Under the pieces are notes generated by a model, which saw only the letters and a list, made by a program, of their open reading frames with translations, had not been told where the DNA came from and did not search any database. The position numbers and the translations under genes are program-made. A stretch of DNA of 62,465 nt, the filler included, from Collodictyon triciliatum (taxonomy: Eukaryota), in the NCBI GenBank assembly GCA_043381765.1. It is 5 parts of 5 records of this genome, joined end to end, with 100 filler letters (N's around TTAATTAATTAA, not from the genome) between each part and the next. Parts side by side here need not be neighbours in the genome. Positions count along the whole stretch, not along the records: positions 13,125 to 26,156 come from JBHJMP010002063.1; 4 more parts are not named here. The stretch is one strand, 5' to 3'. Below are positions 13,242 through 23,590 of this stretch, in pieces (positions within the stretch are counted from its first letter, which is position 1; each line of letters starts with the position of its first letter).

Positions 13242-14028
13242 GAAGGCAATCTCTTATGTTTTTAGAGAATTTGCAAAAAGATTTCAGCAGACTTTTTGGT
13301 TTAGAGGCAAGTGCAAGCGTGGCTCTTCTCTGTTGGCGCCTGCTCTCCATAGCCTTGAGGATGTCTTCCAACCGCGCCTGCGTGTCTTTCTCTCTGTCTG
13401 TGTCCTACAAAAAAAGCACGGCGTCAGCACAGACCTGCGTGTGCATGCAATAAAAAGCCGGAGAGGCGGAGACCCCCACTTCCTTTGATGCCCGCTCCGT
13501 CTCGGACGACGACGCTGCTGTTTGCGCTGCAGCTGCGGTGGCGATCTGCTTTGGAGGCTGAGCGGGCTCGATCGGGGCTTTCTTGTCGGGCTGCGCGTTT
13601 GGAGACGCTGAAGCTGCAGACGGCGCTTTGTGTGCGGTTGTCGGTGTTGGCGGGGTCGAGTGCGCTGCGGCTGCAGAGGCGGGCGTTGTCTTTGCCACGG
13701 ACGGGGAAACCGGCACAGAGGCCGATCCGCCCGCGGGTTTGGGCTGCAGAGGTAAGCGTTTTGTGTGAGTGGCTGCGATCAGGGCAGGCGGATTCCTTCT
13801 TGCTTGCGTTTGTGTGTTTGTGTGTTTGTGTGTTTGTGCGTTTGTGTGTTTGTGTGTTTGCGCGTTTGTGTGTTTGGGTGTTTGGGTGTTTGGGTGTTTG
13901 GGTGTTTGGGTGTTTGGGTGCTTGGGTGTTTGTATGTTTGTGTGTTTGGGTGTTTGGGTGTTGCTTACTTTGCTGCGCAGCTGCGACGGGACGGGTGCGC
14001 GGCTCGACATGGGCTCTGTGTGCTGCAA
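13242..14028 (-). CDS. Hypothetical low-complexity Pro/Ala/Ser-rich protein, multi-exon, 3'-partial
   Basis: ATG at 14028 (MQHTEPMSSRAPVPSQLRSK|gtaagc), then an intron filled with 8-bp CACCCAAA repeats, a Pro/Ala-rich exon, and DTQARLEDILKAMESRRQQRR. GC-rich and coding-like. Confidence 0.5.
13805..13960. repeat. 8-bp (TGTTTGTG/TGTTTGGG)n intronic repeat
   Basis: Directly visible. Confidence 0.9.
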
Positions 14029-14287
14029 TGTGTTTCGTTACGCTCTCTTTTGTTTTGTCGGGCGCCTTCAGAGAAGGATGGTTGGGGCGCAGCGTGTTTT
14101 CAACCGCGCCGTGTGTGGGTGTATTTGTGGTGGAAGGAGCGAGCTATGCTGCGGTGTTTGATTCCTGCAATTTCACTCACGGCCAATCAGGCTGTTTGTC
14201 TGTTTGTTTATTTGTGTTTGTGTGGTTGGAAGAGTGACTCGGGTTTATGGGAGGGCGGGCGGGCGAGATGGCCGGATGAAGGGGCCG

Positions 14288-15243
14288 CTACTTTGTCTTT
14301 GCGGGGTCTGTGCGGGTGGACTTTGCGATTTCGTTGATGGAGTGGTAGATGAGCGCGCTGGGCAGGAAAGTCCAGAGCATGTTTGCGAGGACAAAAAAGA
14401 TGTAGAAGAAAAAGATCTTTTCGGGGGTGAAGCTGAAGTCTCCTGCGGTGGGATGGGACAAGGTGAGAGTTGGGTTGAGGCAGTTGGAGCGAGTCAGAAT
14501 ACAGGACAGAGGGCGAGTCAGGCAGGCAAGGGAGAGGTCGGAGAGAACGCACCGTCGCGGACAACGTGTTTGAAGCCCGTCAGAACCTCCCCGAAGGTGA
14601 AGATGATGCAGCCCATCAGCTGGAGCGCAGAGACGAGGATCTGCAGCGGGTGGAAGTGCGGCTTGCGCTGCAGCAGGGCGTGGAAAGTGGCCAGGCATAG
14701 CGGCTGCATGATCAGCAGCTCCACGGCCGAGACGGCCATCACGTACGGGTCCTTGTCCGGGTATCTATGCGAGAAGCAAAGGGCAGTGCTCAGTACCACA
14801 TGTGCCGCTCGTGCCCGGGTCGGCGCTCATACCGCGAGTCCAGTATGCCGTACAGCTCGTAGAGCGGCGGAAAGAGCCCGAGCAGCCCAACCATCCCGTC
14901 AAGCCAGCAGTGGATCACGAGCCCATTGAAGACATACCTACAGCACACAAACATGAACATAGACATATTCGCACACATGCTGAGCCTTTGCTCGTTCTTC
15001 TCATGTCTTCTTTCGTCTGGTGGTCGGAAACATTCGCTCTCCTCACCAAAGGAAAACCTCGTCTCACCTCAACAGCGCGGTTCTGTTAAGGGGCAAGGAA
15101 GAGACTCACCAGAAGGCGAGAAGCTTTTGGCGGAAGGTCAGACGCTCTCTGGCCGGGAATGACGTCCTCCACACAAACAGCCACACCACCAGCATGAACA
15201 GCACACAGTAGCCTTCCTTCTCCATCTTTCTGGCCCCCTTCAT
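14288..15243 (-). CDS. EBP: EBP-family (EXPERA domain) sterol delta8-delta7 isomerase / EBP-like protein, 4 exons
   Basis: Spliced reading: MKGPEK...QKLLAFW|YVFNGLVIHCWLDGMVG...ELYGILDSR|YPDKDPYVMAVSAVELLIMQPLCL...HPLQILVSALQLMGCIIF...|FFYIFFVLANMLWTFLPSALI...KTK*. It matches EBP motifs W..IH...[ED]G, D.RY, E, LQ..VS..QL.G and N..W..[LI]P. Confidence 0.85.
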
Positions 15244-15411
15244 GAATGCGCAGTCAGTCAGTCTCCGTACTCGAACTTGCCAGCTTCGTATTCGTGACCC
15301 TCTCCCTCTCTCCCGTCAACGCAACAGCAACAGAGTCCGCCGCGCTATTATATGCCGCCGCTCTGATCAAGTAAACAAACACTACGCGAAATAGACACCC
15401 ACAGAATCTAC

Positions 15412-15620
15412 ATTTAAATGCTGTCGATTTATTCCATAACCACAACGTCTCTGTGATTCGTGATTCATTTTTTGATTTATTTGTGTGTTTATTTATTCTG
15501 CTAAAAGGAGTATACCATCTTTCGATTGGTAAACCTGGTCCCCTAGCATCCAAGGTCTCACCACTTTATTCACAAACATCATATAGTGGTGAAGGCTGCC
15601 AGGAAAGACCCAACAGCCTG
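15412..15620 (-). ncRNA. Candidate Fanzor omega-RNA scaffold
   Basis: Lies directly 3' of RuvC-III. Consecutive minus-strand stems: AGGCTG..CAGCCT (15619-15593), TCACCACT..AGTGGTGA (15592-15558), CCTTGG-ATG-CTAGGG, TACCAATC-GAAA-GATGGTA (GNRA loop, 15531-15513), AATCACA..TGTGGTT, and a terminal palindrome CATTTAAATG. Confidence 0.6.
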
Positions 15621-17514
15621 ATTTTTTAAAGCAAGGTGTATGCTTTTTTTGAAGGATTAAAACAACTTGCTTGATTATATTATTAGCGCTGTTAAAGTCC
15701 CTTGTCAAGGATACACTTTGTTTGCTTTCTGAGCAATTGCATTCTTTACATATGAGACATCGATACAACTTTTTTTGTATTTCCTTACGGAATCATACAT
15801 TCCAGTTCTTCGCAGTTACAACACATCTTGGATGTTCTAAATTCATCTACGCTAACTGTTTCAAAACGTTTGGATATTATTTTTCGTAACCCTCTTCCGA
15901 TTGCCGGCTTAAAATGTTTCATCTGACATTTTCTACTCCAGTCTCCATACGCCAGTACAACATCATCTCCAAATGTCTTTTCGATTCGATCCATAAACAA
16001 CTGTTCACTTCTTTTTGTATTAACATACTGTCTCCATCTCATCTTTCGAAAAGTTACTTGTTCATAAAATCTGAATAATTCTATCTGGAATCTTGATTTC
16101 ATATACATGTTTTCGAAATTGTCCATAATCAACCGTGCATGAATTTTGAACACTCAGTTCTATCTCTAAATCGATTAAAGATACTCTTGATGTCTCAAAC
16201 TGCTGATTCTCTTCAAAAGTTCTGTGACAAAAAGAAACAGCACTTTGTAAATCTGTTGTCATGCATATCCCTGAAGCTTTGTGCTTTTTTTTCTCGCGCA
16301 AGAGTATTTTGTGATTTTTAAGAGATTTGCTATCACGTCTTCTTTGGTGTGCCGTGTAACGTATTTCTTACCTGCCTCATCCACCATGTAAACAAAATTA
16401 AACTTGCCTGCATCCATCCCAACTATATTTTATTTTCCCTAATAAAGATAAATGCTCTTCGGAAAGTTCATCTATATAAACATTTTTTTGGGTTTTTTGA
16501 TTACATTCGGATTTTTGAATTTGAAATGCCTTTCTTTTCAAACAATAATGACACCCCCAAGCTGTCTGTCTGTATCATGTATATAAAATTTTAGTCTCTT
16601 TGATGAAAGACCCTCTTCTTCATTTCAAAGAAATTATCCCATACTTTCTTTTTGCATTCTGATATATTCTTCAGTAATATTGTTTTCCAGTTAATGCTAA
16701 TGGATCTATCAAACATGCAGTATCTAGAGTAATATGACATGGTATATTGTTAGTTCTTATAGACTGGTTGTAACTGTTTGGTTCCAATGTCCTCGCATAT
16801 GTGATTCATGTAAATGAGACATGGAACGTACTTATTTGGATTAACTTTGACATCATATTCGATACCTTTTACAATATCGCTGGGAATGATATGATTCAAA
16901 TGCATTCTAGCCCATCTTTATATTGTTACTGTATTACGAGATTCTTGAATATGGCGCTTTTTTCAACTTTCGTAACTCTGCCTTTTTAATAGCTTCCATC
17001 ATATTCTCATCTTTATGATCTGTTTGGTTTACAAAGCGCAGTAACCTCTTTACAAAATGTTCCTTAATGTTATTATGATAAGCTGCTAACATTTGCTTCG
17101 CCAAGTACGGTAATACATGAGACAGTCCAACCAACGGAAAGCATTCTTCTCGGGACAAAAGGAATCGAAAATCATTGAGATAAAAAGTCATCATGTCGTC
17201 TCTCAAACCTGGATTTTTTTTATTATTAATCTCGCGGGTCTATCTTGTGAAACTATTCCGATTGACTTTAAAGCGTACAAAAAAAAAAAAAAAACATTTT
17301 CATCGATTGTTGGGAGTTGTTGAGATTTCAATATGTAACATCTTGCAAACAGATAAGTGTCGGTAACCAAATTATGACACAATAAAACCATATCGTTGAT
17401 TTCGTCATAGTCATCCGGATTCTTTACAATCGACTTTAGGGATGTTTTCACATTTCGATAGTCTGGTTTTACAAACTTTAGATTCTCAGACTCAAGACAT
17501 TTTCTTTTCTTCAT
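15620..17514 (-). pseudogene. Fanzor1: Fanzor1 (eukaryotic TnpB-like RNA-guided endonuclease), multiply frameshifted
   Basis: Collinear fragments: VKTSLKSIVK..YLF..LPTIDE; YLAKQM..NNIKEHF.KRL.RF; EYDVKVNPNKY..IYMN; RTNNIPCHITLDT; YMIQTDSLGVSLLF; RuvC-I IVGMDAGK (Asp at 16412-16414); RYTAHQRR; FYEQVTFRKMRW; AYGDWS; VDEFRTSKMCCNC; CKEC...RDFNSANNI (zinc finger plus RuvC-III). About 8 or more frameshifts/stops. Confidence 0.92.
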
Positions 17515-18199
17515 CTGAAAGGCTTTGTTTTACTTTTTCCTTTAGAAAACTACCGGGTTTTCAATTTTAATAAACCTTTAGCCAATCAGTCAATTTAATA
17601 TTAAAAAAACGCACAAACTCAACTTAAGTAAAATTAAGCATCTACCAAGACTCAAAATGTGCACATTGTGGCAATCAGACACACAAAGTTTTTTTTATAA
17701 GTGATTTGAGACAAAACCTTGAGGGCCGATTCGGCGAGTTCGAAAGGACGGCTGCATAGCCATTGCGATTAAAAGTCAACTTATCGGCCCCAAACAACAT
17801 GATTACCGCCACAAGCATGGATAGTATGCTTTTTTGAAATGCATATTTGGTGGCAGGTTTATAGGGTGGGTTCTGTCTGAGCCAACGCAAGGGCTTGTTT
17901 GTCATTTTTTAAATTTTAATGATAATATTACATAAATGAAAAATAAAATATAAATTAATTACAGGAATAGAATAAGTTATTAAGTATTTTTTTAACCTTA
18001 TTATATATACTAATAATACTATTATATTATTCAGGTTGTTTCTTGGATTCATCAATGCTCATGCTTTCGTCAATCCAGATTTAATTCGATGGTTGTCTGT
18101 GCAATAAAATGGTATAAATGGGTACACTCTCGTTTTATAAAAGGTGCTGTGTTTGAAAGGGATAAAACCAAGTTCGTCACAACCTTTGGGATGAAGTTT

Positions 18200-19000
18200 A
18201 TCCATTTACAGGCTGAATGAGAAAAGAACGGAAAAGAAAAAGAAAAGAAAAGAAAAGAAAAGAAAAGAAAAGGAAAAAGGAAAGAAAAGAAAAGGAAAAG
18301 AAGAAAAAGAAGAAAAGAAGAAAAGAAGAAAAAAGAAAATAGAAACGGATGAATGAATCAGAGCAACTAATGCTGAGCATTGTAGTCATACTTATATTGC
18401 TGCCCGTGTTTCGGTGGCTTGAGCTCGCTCCATCTTTTTTTCTTTCCTTTTATCGTTCGTTTTAAATAGCTCGATCCGCCTTATTAGTGGATTGCTGTAC
18501 TCACGGGTCGGTGGTAGCTGGTGCCATGATCGTTGGTGTGTCTCGGTGCATAACCTGTGTAGCAAGGGATGAGGTAAAGTGACCTTTTTGCTCTCTGCGT
18601 CGGCTGCGTCGGCCTTCTCGTTTTGCGTACGATCGGTAGGCATTTCGTGACGCTGGTCTCCTGGTAGGCGTTCTCGTCCTTCTCGGGTTCCCTCTTTCCC
18701 ATCACTTGCTTTTTTTCCGGCTTCAGAAGGTGGCGGGTTGGGAGAAGAAGGAAAGATGGCCAACGCGATAATATTATTTCTGGAGAATGCCTCCTCTCTC
18801 AGTTTTTATTGTTTCTCAGTAAAGACTTTTCTTGATTATTGCGATTTCTTTTGTTGTTCCTATCAACCGCCTCTCTCAGTTCGACCACTACATATATTCA
18901 CATTGTGTGAATAATAATAGATTAACTTTTTGGATACCTCTCTATTCACGCAAATAAACAAACAATTCCTGAAAATTTGATTATAGATTCCACAATAGAA
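18200..19000 (-). repeat. Dispersed duplicated segment, copy A (copy B at 38450-39285 +); contains an exon with an IPCYTGYAPR motif
   Basis: Aligns by eye to copy B across ~800 bp, e.g. CATCCCTTGCTACACAGGTTATGCACCGAGACAC vs CATCCCTTGCAACACAGGTTATGCACCTAGACAC, and TTAGTTGCTCTGATTCA in both. Confidence 0.85.
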
Positions 19001-19298
19001 TATGCTACGCTTTGTGACGTTTTTTCGCGCTCCTCTTTGCATCATTTCCGTTCAGAGTTTCCCTTCCGCTCTGTTCTACGAAAATTATTTTGATCACGTG
19101 CCAGAACCAAGTGCTTGTCAAAACAATAAAGAGTCAGACGCCAGAACCCCGAAAAACTCATCAAGCAACTACGAATCCTGGTCGATTAACCTTTACAACT
19201 CTCCCCATAAACGCCTAGAGCTCGTAGTTCAGATCAAACCACCATATACATCAAACCAAAGCGAAGGAAAAAAAAAAAAAACACAGCAAAACCAGGAT

Positions 19299-21245
19299 AT
19301 GGTAATGAAGATTAGCACAGTTGAAAATGACATAAGAATTGACGACATTGAGCGAAGTGAAGGATGGACCAGTGAAGAGATGACGGATAGTGCTGCTCCA
19401 ACCCCCAACACTTGCGAGCAGAGGCAGAATATCCCTGAAAATGTTAAGATAGCAGGCAGCCAACAACACCCTCGAGACTCTGACGAGGTTATAATTAACT
19501 TGGTTTTGAATAAGAGAACAATACTCATCGACAAGAGAAAAGTTGTTATGTCCTCTTTCATTAAAGATGAGAAGGTTTTCAGAATAGTATCCAAGCTATG
19601 CAGGAGCTATTACATGGCTTACGCGAATGCGTTTCTTTGGGCTGTTTGCAACACGAATTTCATCTCGGTTTCCTTCCATTCCCCTATTTTAAAGGGTTGG
19701 GTATGCCTCCTCGTTCAGTTGGCAAGTTCAGTGGTATTATGCGTTCAGTTTTCGTCTCTTTACAGAACAGATATTATCAAGCACATGACTAGTTCATTCA
19801 ACTTTTGGTTTTCTCTGTTGAACATCGGGATATTCGTAGGCTGCTTTGTGTTTCTCTGGGGATTCAACACTGAAAATATCTGCGCAGCGTTGCATATTTT
19901 TATCGGAATGGTAATAATGACATTTTACGATGCACACATCCGAAAAGATCATAATTTGATGAAAGCAACCAGTTTCATTGCAATATGTAGTTTGATCCCC
20001 ATTGGAGTTAACTTGATTTTCAAAGTGAATGATTTCGAGATAGAAAATGTTAATCCTGGTCAATTGGATTTCGAGTTAATCAACCTGCGGCTTCAAGCTT
20101 TGGATAGTTTGAGTACAGTATTTGTGTACTTACTTCGAATTTTTTACAACCAGATTATTCTAAAAAATGTTAACGTGATTTCGTTTCTATCAGATTATTA
20201 TGAAATATCTTTTCTCGAAAATCAACTTAATGTAAAAAATGATCCGAATATCGCAAAAAATATTCAAGAAGTTTCTCATGCAAATTTTAATAGTCAACCC
20301 GGTACAGTGATGAAAAAAATACCACCAGGAGATGACCGAAATGTGTTTGACTCCAGAAAGCTAGATTCAATATTTTTGGCAGAAAGTCAAAATTACAGCA
20401 TTAAAGAGAATGGAAATAACTCAAAGACTAACGGAGTTGAAAAAATCACAAAGGAAAACCGTACACCTTCCACAGTGCCAAAATTAAATGAAGAAATTCA
20501 CAGTCAATCTAAAAATCTCTTGGCAATTGGAATACCAGAAAGTAAGATTATACAATACAGTTTGCATAAAAATTTATTTCATATCACAATCCGCAAAAAT
20601 TATCCTCATTTAGCGATTATGTTACGTTCCAAAATCTATCATTTGCACGGGATTATCATAATTCTTTTTTCATCGATATTTTGTTTTATGGTGTTTTCTG
20701 GATTCAAAATATCAAATTATGTTCAATTTATTGGAATCGGCACTACTGCTTCAAGTATTATCATAATCATATCCCAGATAGTGACGACATCGAACTTTAC
20801 AATAATTACCTATATGGTCAAATCTTTCGATTTCTGGTACTTTTTCTTCCTTGTAAGCAAGATACTTATTTCCTCCGGGTTTCTATGTCATTGGGATTAT
20901 CGTGTCATTTTCTGTGTATTTTCTGTTTTGTTGCTTTACTGGTACATTTTGATTGATGCATTTAGCATTAAAATCAGAAAGCTATCCTATTTTTCCATCA
21001 TGGGCATAGTTTGGACATTTTGTACAGCAATAATATGTAAATTGAATATAGGTGATATATTTTCACAAGACAACTACATATATCTTGGGAAAACCCAAAT
21101 ATTCTCCCCAAGAATCACCCTTTCTACGTCTTTGTTTTCTGTTTCCATATTTCTGGTTCGATTTCTCTTGAGCTACAGGAAAAATCAGAATCGAATGCTT
21201 TTCATCACAGAAAATTTTCTGGTACAAAGCGTTAGTCATTCTTGA
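19299..21245 (+). CDS. Uncharacterised intronless multi-pass membrane protein with internal duplication, paralog 1
   Basis: Long ORF, open from 19002 with the likely start at ATG 19299. Two hydrophobic halves each carry SF[ND]FW. Shares blocks with 23591-25558 (NLRLQALDSLST, SPRITLS, NRMLFITEN). Confidence 0.9.
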   Translation: MVMKISTVENDIRIDDIERSEGWTSEEMTDSAAPTPNTCEQRQNIPENVKIAGSQQHPRDSDEVIINLVLNKRTILIDKRKVVMSSFIKDEKVFRIVSKLCRSYYMAYANAFLWAVCNTNFISVSFHSPILKGWVCLLVQLASSVVLCVQFSSLYRTDIIKHMTSSFNFWFSLLNIGIFVGCFVFLWGFNTENICAALHIFIGMVIMTFYDAHIRKDHNLMKATSFIAICSLIPIGVNLIFKVNDFEIENVNPGQLDFELINLRLQALDSLSTVFVYLLRIFYNQIILKNVNVISFLSDYYEISFLENQLNVKNDPNIAKNIQEVSHANFNSQPGTVMKKIPPGDDRNVFDSRKLDSIFLAESQNYSIKENGNNSKTNGVEKITKENRTPSTVPKLNEEIHSQSKNLLAIGIPESKIIQYSLHKNLFHITIRKNYPHLAIMLRSKIYHLHGIIIILFSSIFCFMVFSGFKISNYVQFIGIGTTASSIIIIISQIVTTSNFTIITYMVKSFDFWYFFFLVSKILISSGFLCHWDYRVIFCVFSVLLLYWYILIDAFSIKIRKLSYFSIMGIVWTFCTAIICKLNIGDIFSQDNYIYLGKTQIFSPRITLSTSLFSVSIFLVRFLLSYRKNQNRMLFITENFLVQSVSHS

Positions 21246-21302
21246 TTCCTGTGTTATAAAAATATTGTTTTCAAAAAACAAACTTGAAAATATAATAAAT
21301 CT

Positions 21303-21364
21303 TAAGCCAACTTTATTCCTTTTTTTTCCTTTATTCGATTCAAAGTAAGCCAACTTTATTCCTT
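21303..21364 (-). mobile_element. Extremely 5'-truncated non-LTR retroinsertion (24 bp) with a 19-bp TSD
   Basis: TAAGCCAACTTTATTCCTT at 21303-21321 and 21346-21364 flanks the reverse complement of CTTTGAATCGAATAAAGGAAAAAA. Confidence 0.8.
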
Positions 21365-23590
21365 AATGTCTTTCGTCAACTGCATCATGCTTTCGAATGA
21401 ATTTATAAAGAACCTCACAACACAATAAAAAATTTTTACAGCAGCGACAAAAACTTAATTTGGCTTTGAGATTCAGACCAAAAATATTCGAAAAGTGAAT
21501 TTTTTATGAGACTTCCATTCAAAAGAATTTACATTTTTTAATTTATGGTTCATTTAGGCAAAATCTATTACTTTGGGACACATAAATATCCCTTCCAAAC
21601 ACGATGCGATTTAAATTTTGAAAATATCATCATCTACTCTTTCAGGTCTATGCAATATCACCGTGTTGTTTTTTCCGGTCTTTCGATTTTACAATATTTT
21701 GACATTTCTTGGTCGATTTTAATCTGATATGATAAGAACATGAGTGTCATCATATATTGTGGGTGTAATCTACTCATTTAATAGATAATTGACTAAGAGG
21801 ACAACAAGTACAAATGACATGTTTATTTCATCGTATGAATTTTCAATTATCCTCGGAATGTAAATAGCTTCTCCCATTAACTCTGAAAGGAGAACCTAAT
21901 GTAAATGTCGCTTAATTTTAATATTTAGTACTTTTTCGTATCATTCTTAGCAACTTAACTCTCGCCTTCTTGGTGGTGTCAGTATCACAAATTTTTTGAT
22001 CATTTTCATCCGTCATTTATTCCAAGTTGAACTTCCTTATGTCTACCTCAATTGGAGTTCCTAGGTATCTCGAAAAGACTCTTTTTTATCTTATTTAATT
22101 TTTTATAAATAAATAAATAAAGCGACAATAGTCAGACCCTTCGATGGAGCGAAGTTAAAAAGCGGTAATCCTCGGTATTTTCATATATTTTTCTCAGATA
22201 CCTTAAAGGCTTATGAGCTCATAAATTTTTACTATCATTTTTTATCCCAGCAATTATACATCGATACTTTGTTTCATCAAATAAAATGATTTGGATTGTA
22301 ATTCTTTTAATGAACCCTCCTTTTACAAGAAAAACACCATTTTATGCACCCCAGCATTTTACTTCGATGAATATCTTAAAAAAATTGGCTTTTCATTTTC
22401 TGGCCTCACAGTAAATTTACATTTAAAATTAACATTATGAGTAAAATACGTGTAAATTGAAAAGTTTTAGAATACCTTAAATTCTTTCTCTCTAATAATT
22501 ATGTGTAAAAAATTAAATGTTGCGGTCATATTTTTTTTTTCTGGTCGAGCTATTAAATTTTACGGAATATCAGTTTCGCCACGGCCACATTATTTCCGAA
22601 ATCACAATCCTAGACGGTATCAGTATTCCAGGTGATTTTTTTTTACCCTTTATTCGATCCAAGCTTTTATTATTCCATAGGGATTGCTTTACAAATAATA
22701 CTTCGTTTCACAGTCCTCTCCTTACATATTTGAGTGTTTTTTTTTTTTTTGTTCTTCCATTCAATTTTTTGCCGGATGATAGGGATATCGACTTTGGTTC
22801 GCAAGCCTTTGTTTACGTGGGCTTTACTTGATGGCCTGGAGGCAGAAGTAGTCGGTAATCAGAAATTGAATGATTTATAATTTTTTATAACCATTTGCTA
22901 ATTCGAGATCATCCATTTCATAATCGCATGCTGCCTTGGTTGGTAATCAATTATAATTAGTTGTTAATATATCTCATTCCTTGACTCAAATCAAGACATT
23001 ATCAAATATATAATCTATGGTTCTTGATGCATGTCCAGCCTATATTCAAAGCTGTCATAAATAAATTTTCATCATATGAAGGCAGCCACACCTGTTACAT
23101 GATTTAAGTATTGTGTAATTGGACGGGATTGGCTTCAGTAATTTTTTCATCTGATGGCAGACTATTTAGAAAAGTGTTACTAAACGAAGAGCAACTGGAA
23201 TTCTATAATTTTTACATATTTCTCAATCTGCAACTAACTTTGAATGATACGCTATGTATAATCTAGCTGAATTGACGTTTAAATCTTGAATAATTTAATT
23301 TCCACATATATACAAAGAATTCCACATATATATTGATTTCAAAGGATTGGGAGTCTGCCACAACGGGATGCAAAAAAACATAAAAACTACTTTCAAAAAA
23401 AACCAAACTCGGTGGGCGGTTGCTTCCGGCTGGGCTATCCTTTCTCCCTGCGTAACCATCACTATTTTTTTTCATCGTGACATACCAAGCACTTTTTGTG
23501 CCCTGGCACATAGGCAACTTCTTTTTATCTCGGTTGATAATCGTGTTGAAAGCGTATTTCTGAATCCGAAAAAAAATGTCATAAGCAAGT

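Larger units (their letters stand above)
15406..17645 (-). mobile_element. Fanzor1-carrying non-autonomous transposon (~2.2 kb); boundaries inferred
   Basis: AT-rich insert abutting a GC-rich host gene. It contains a Fanzor pseudogene and a hairpin-rich 3' region. ATCTAC direct repeat at 15406-15411 and 17640-17645. No transposase ORF inside. Confidence 0.7.

Noticed and set aside
19002-19298. N-terminal extension of the 747-aa ORF
   Set aside because: No counterpart in the paralog and it crosses an A-run; ATG 19299 matches the paralog's length better
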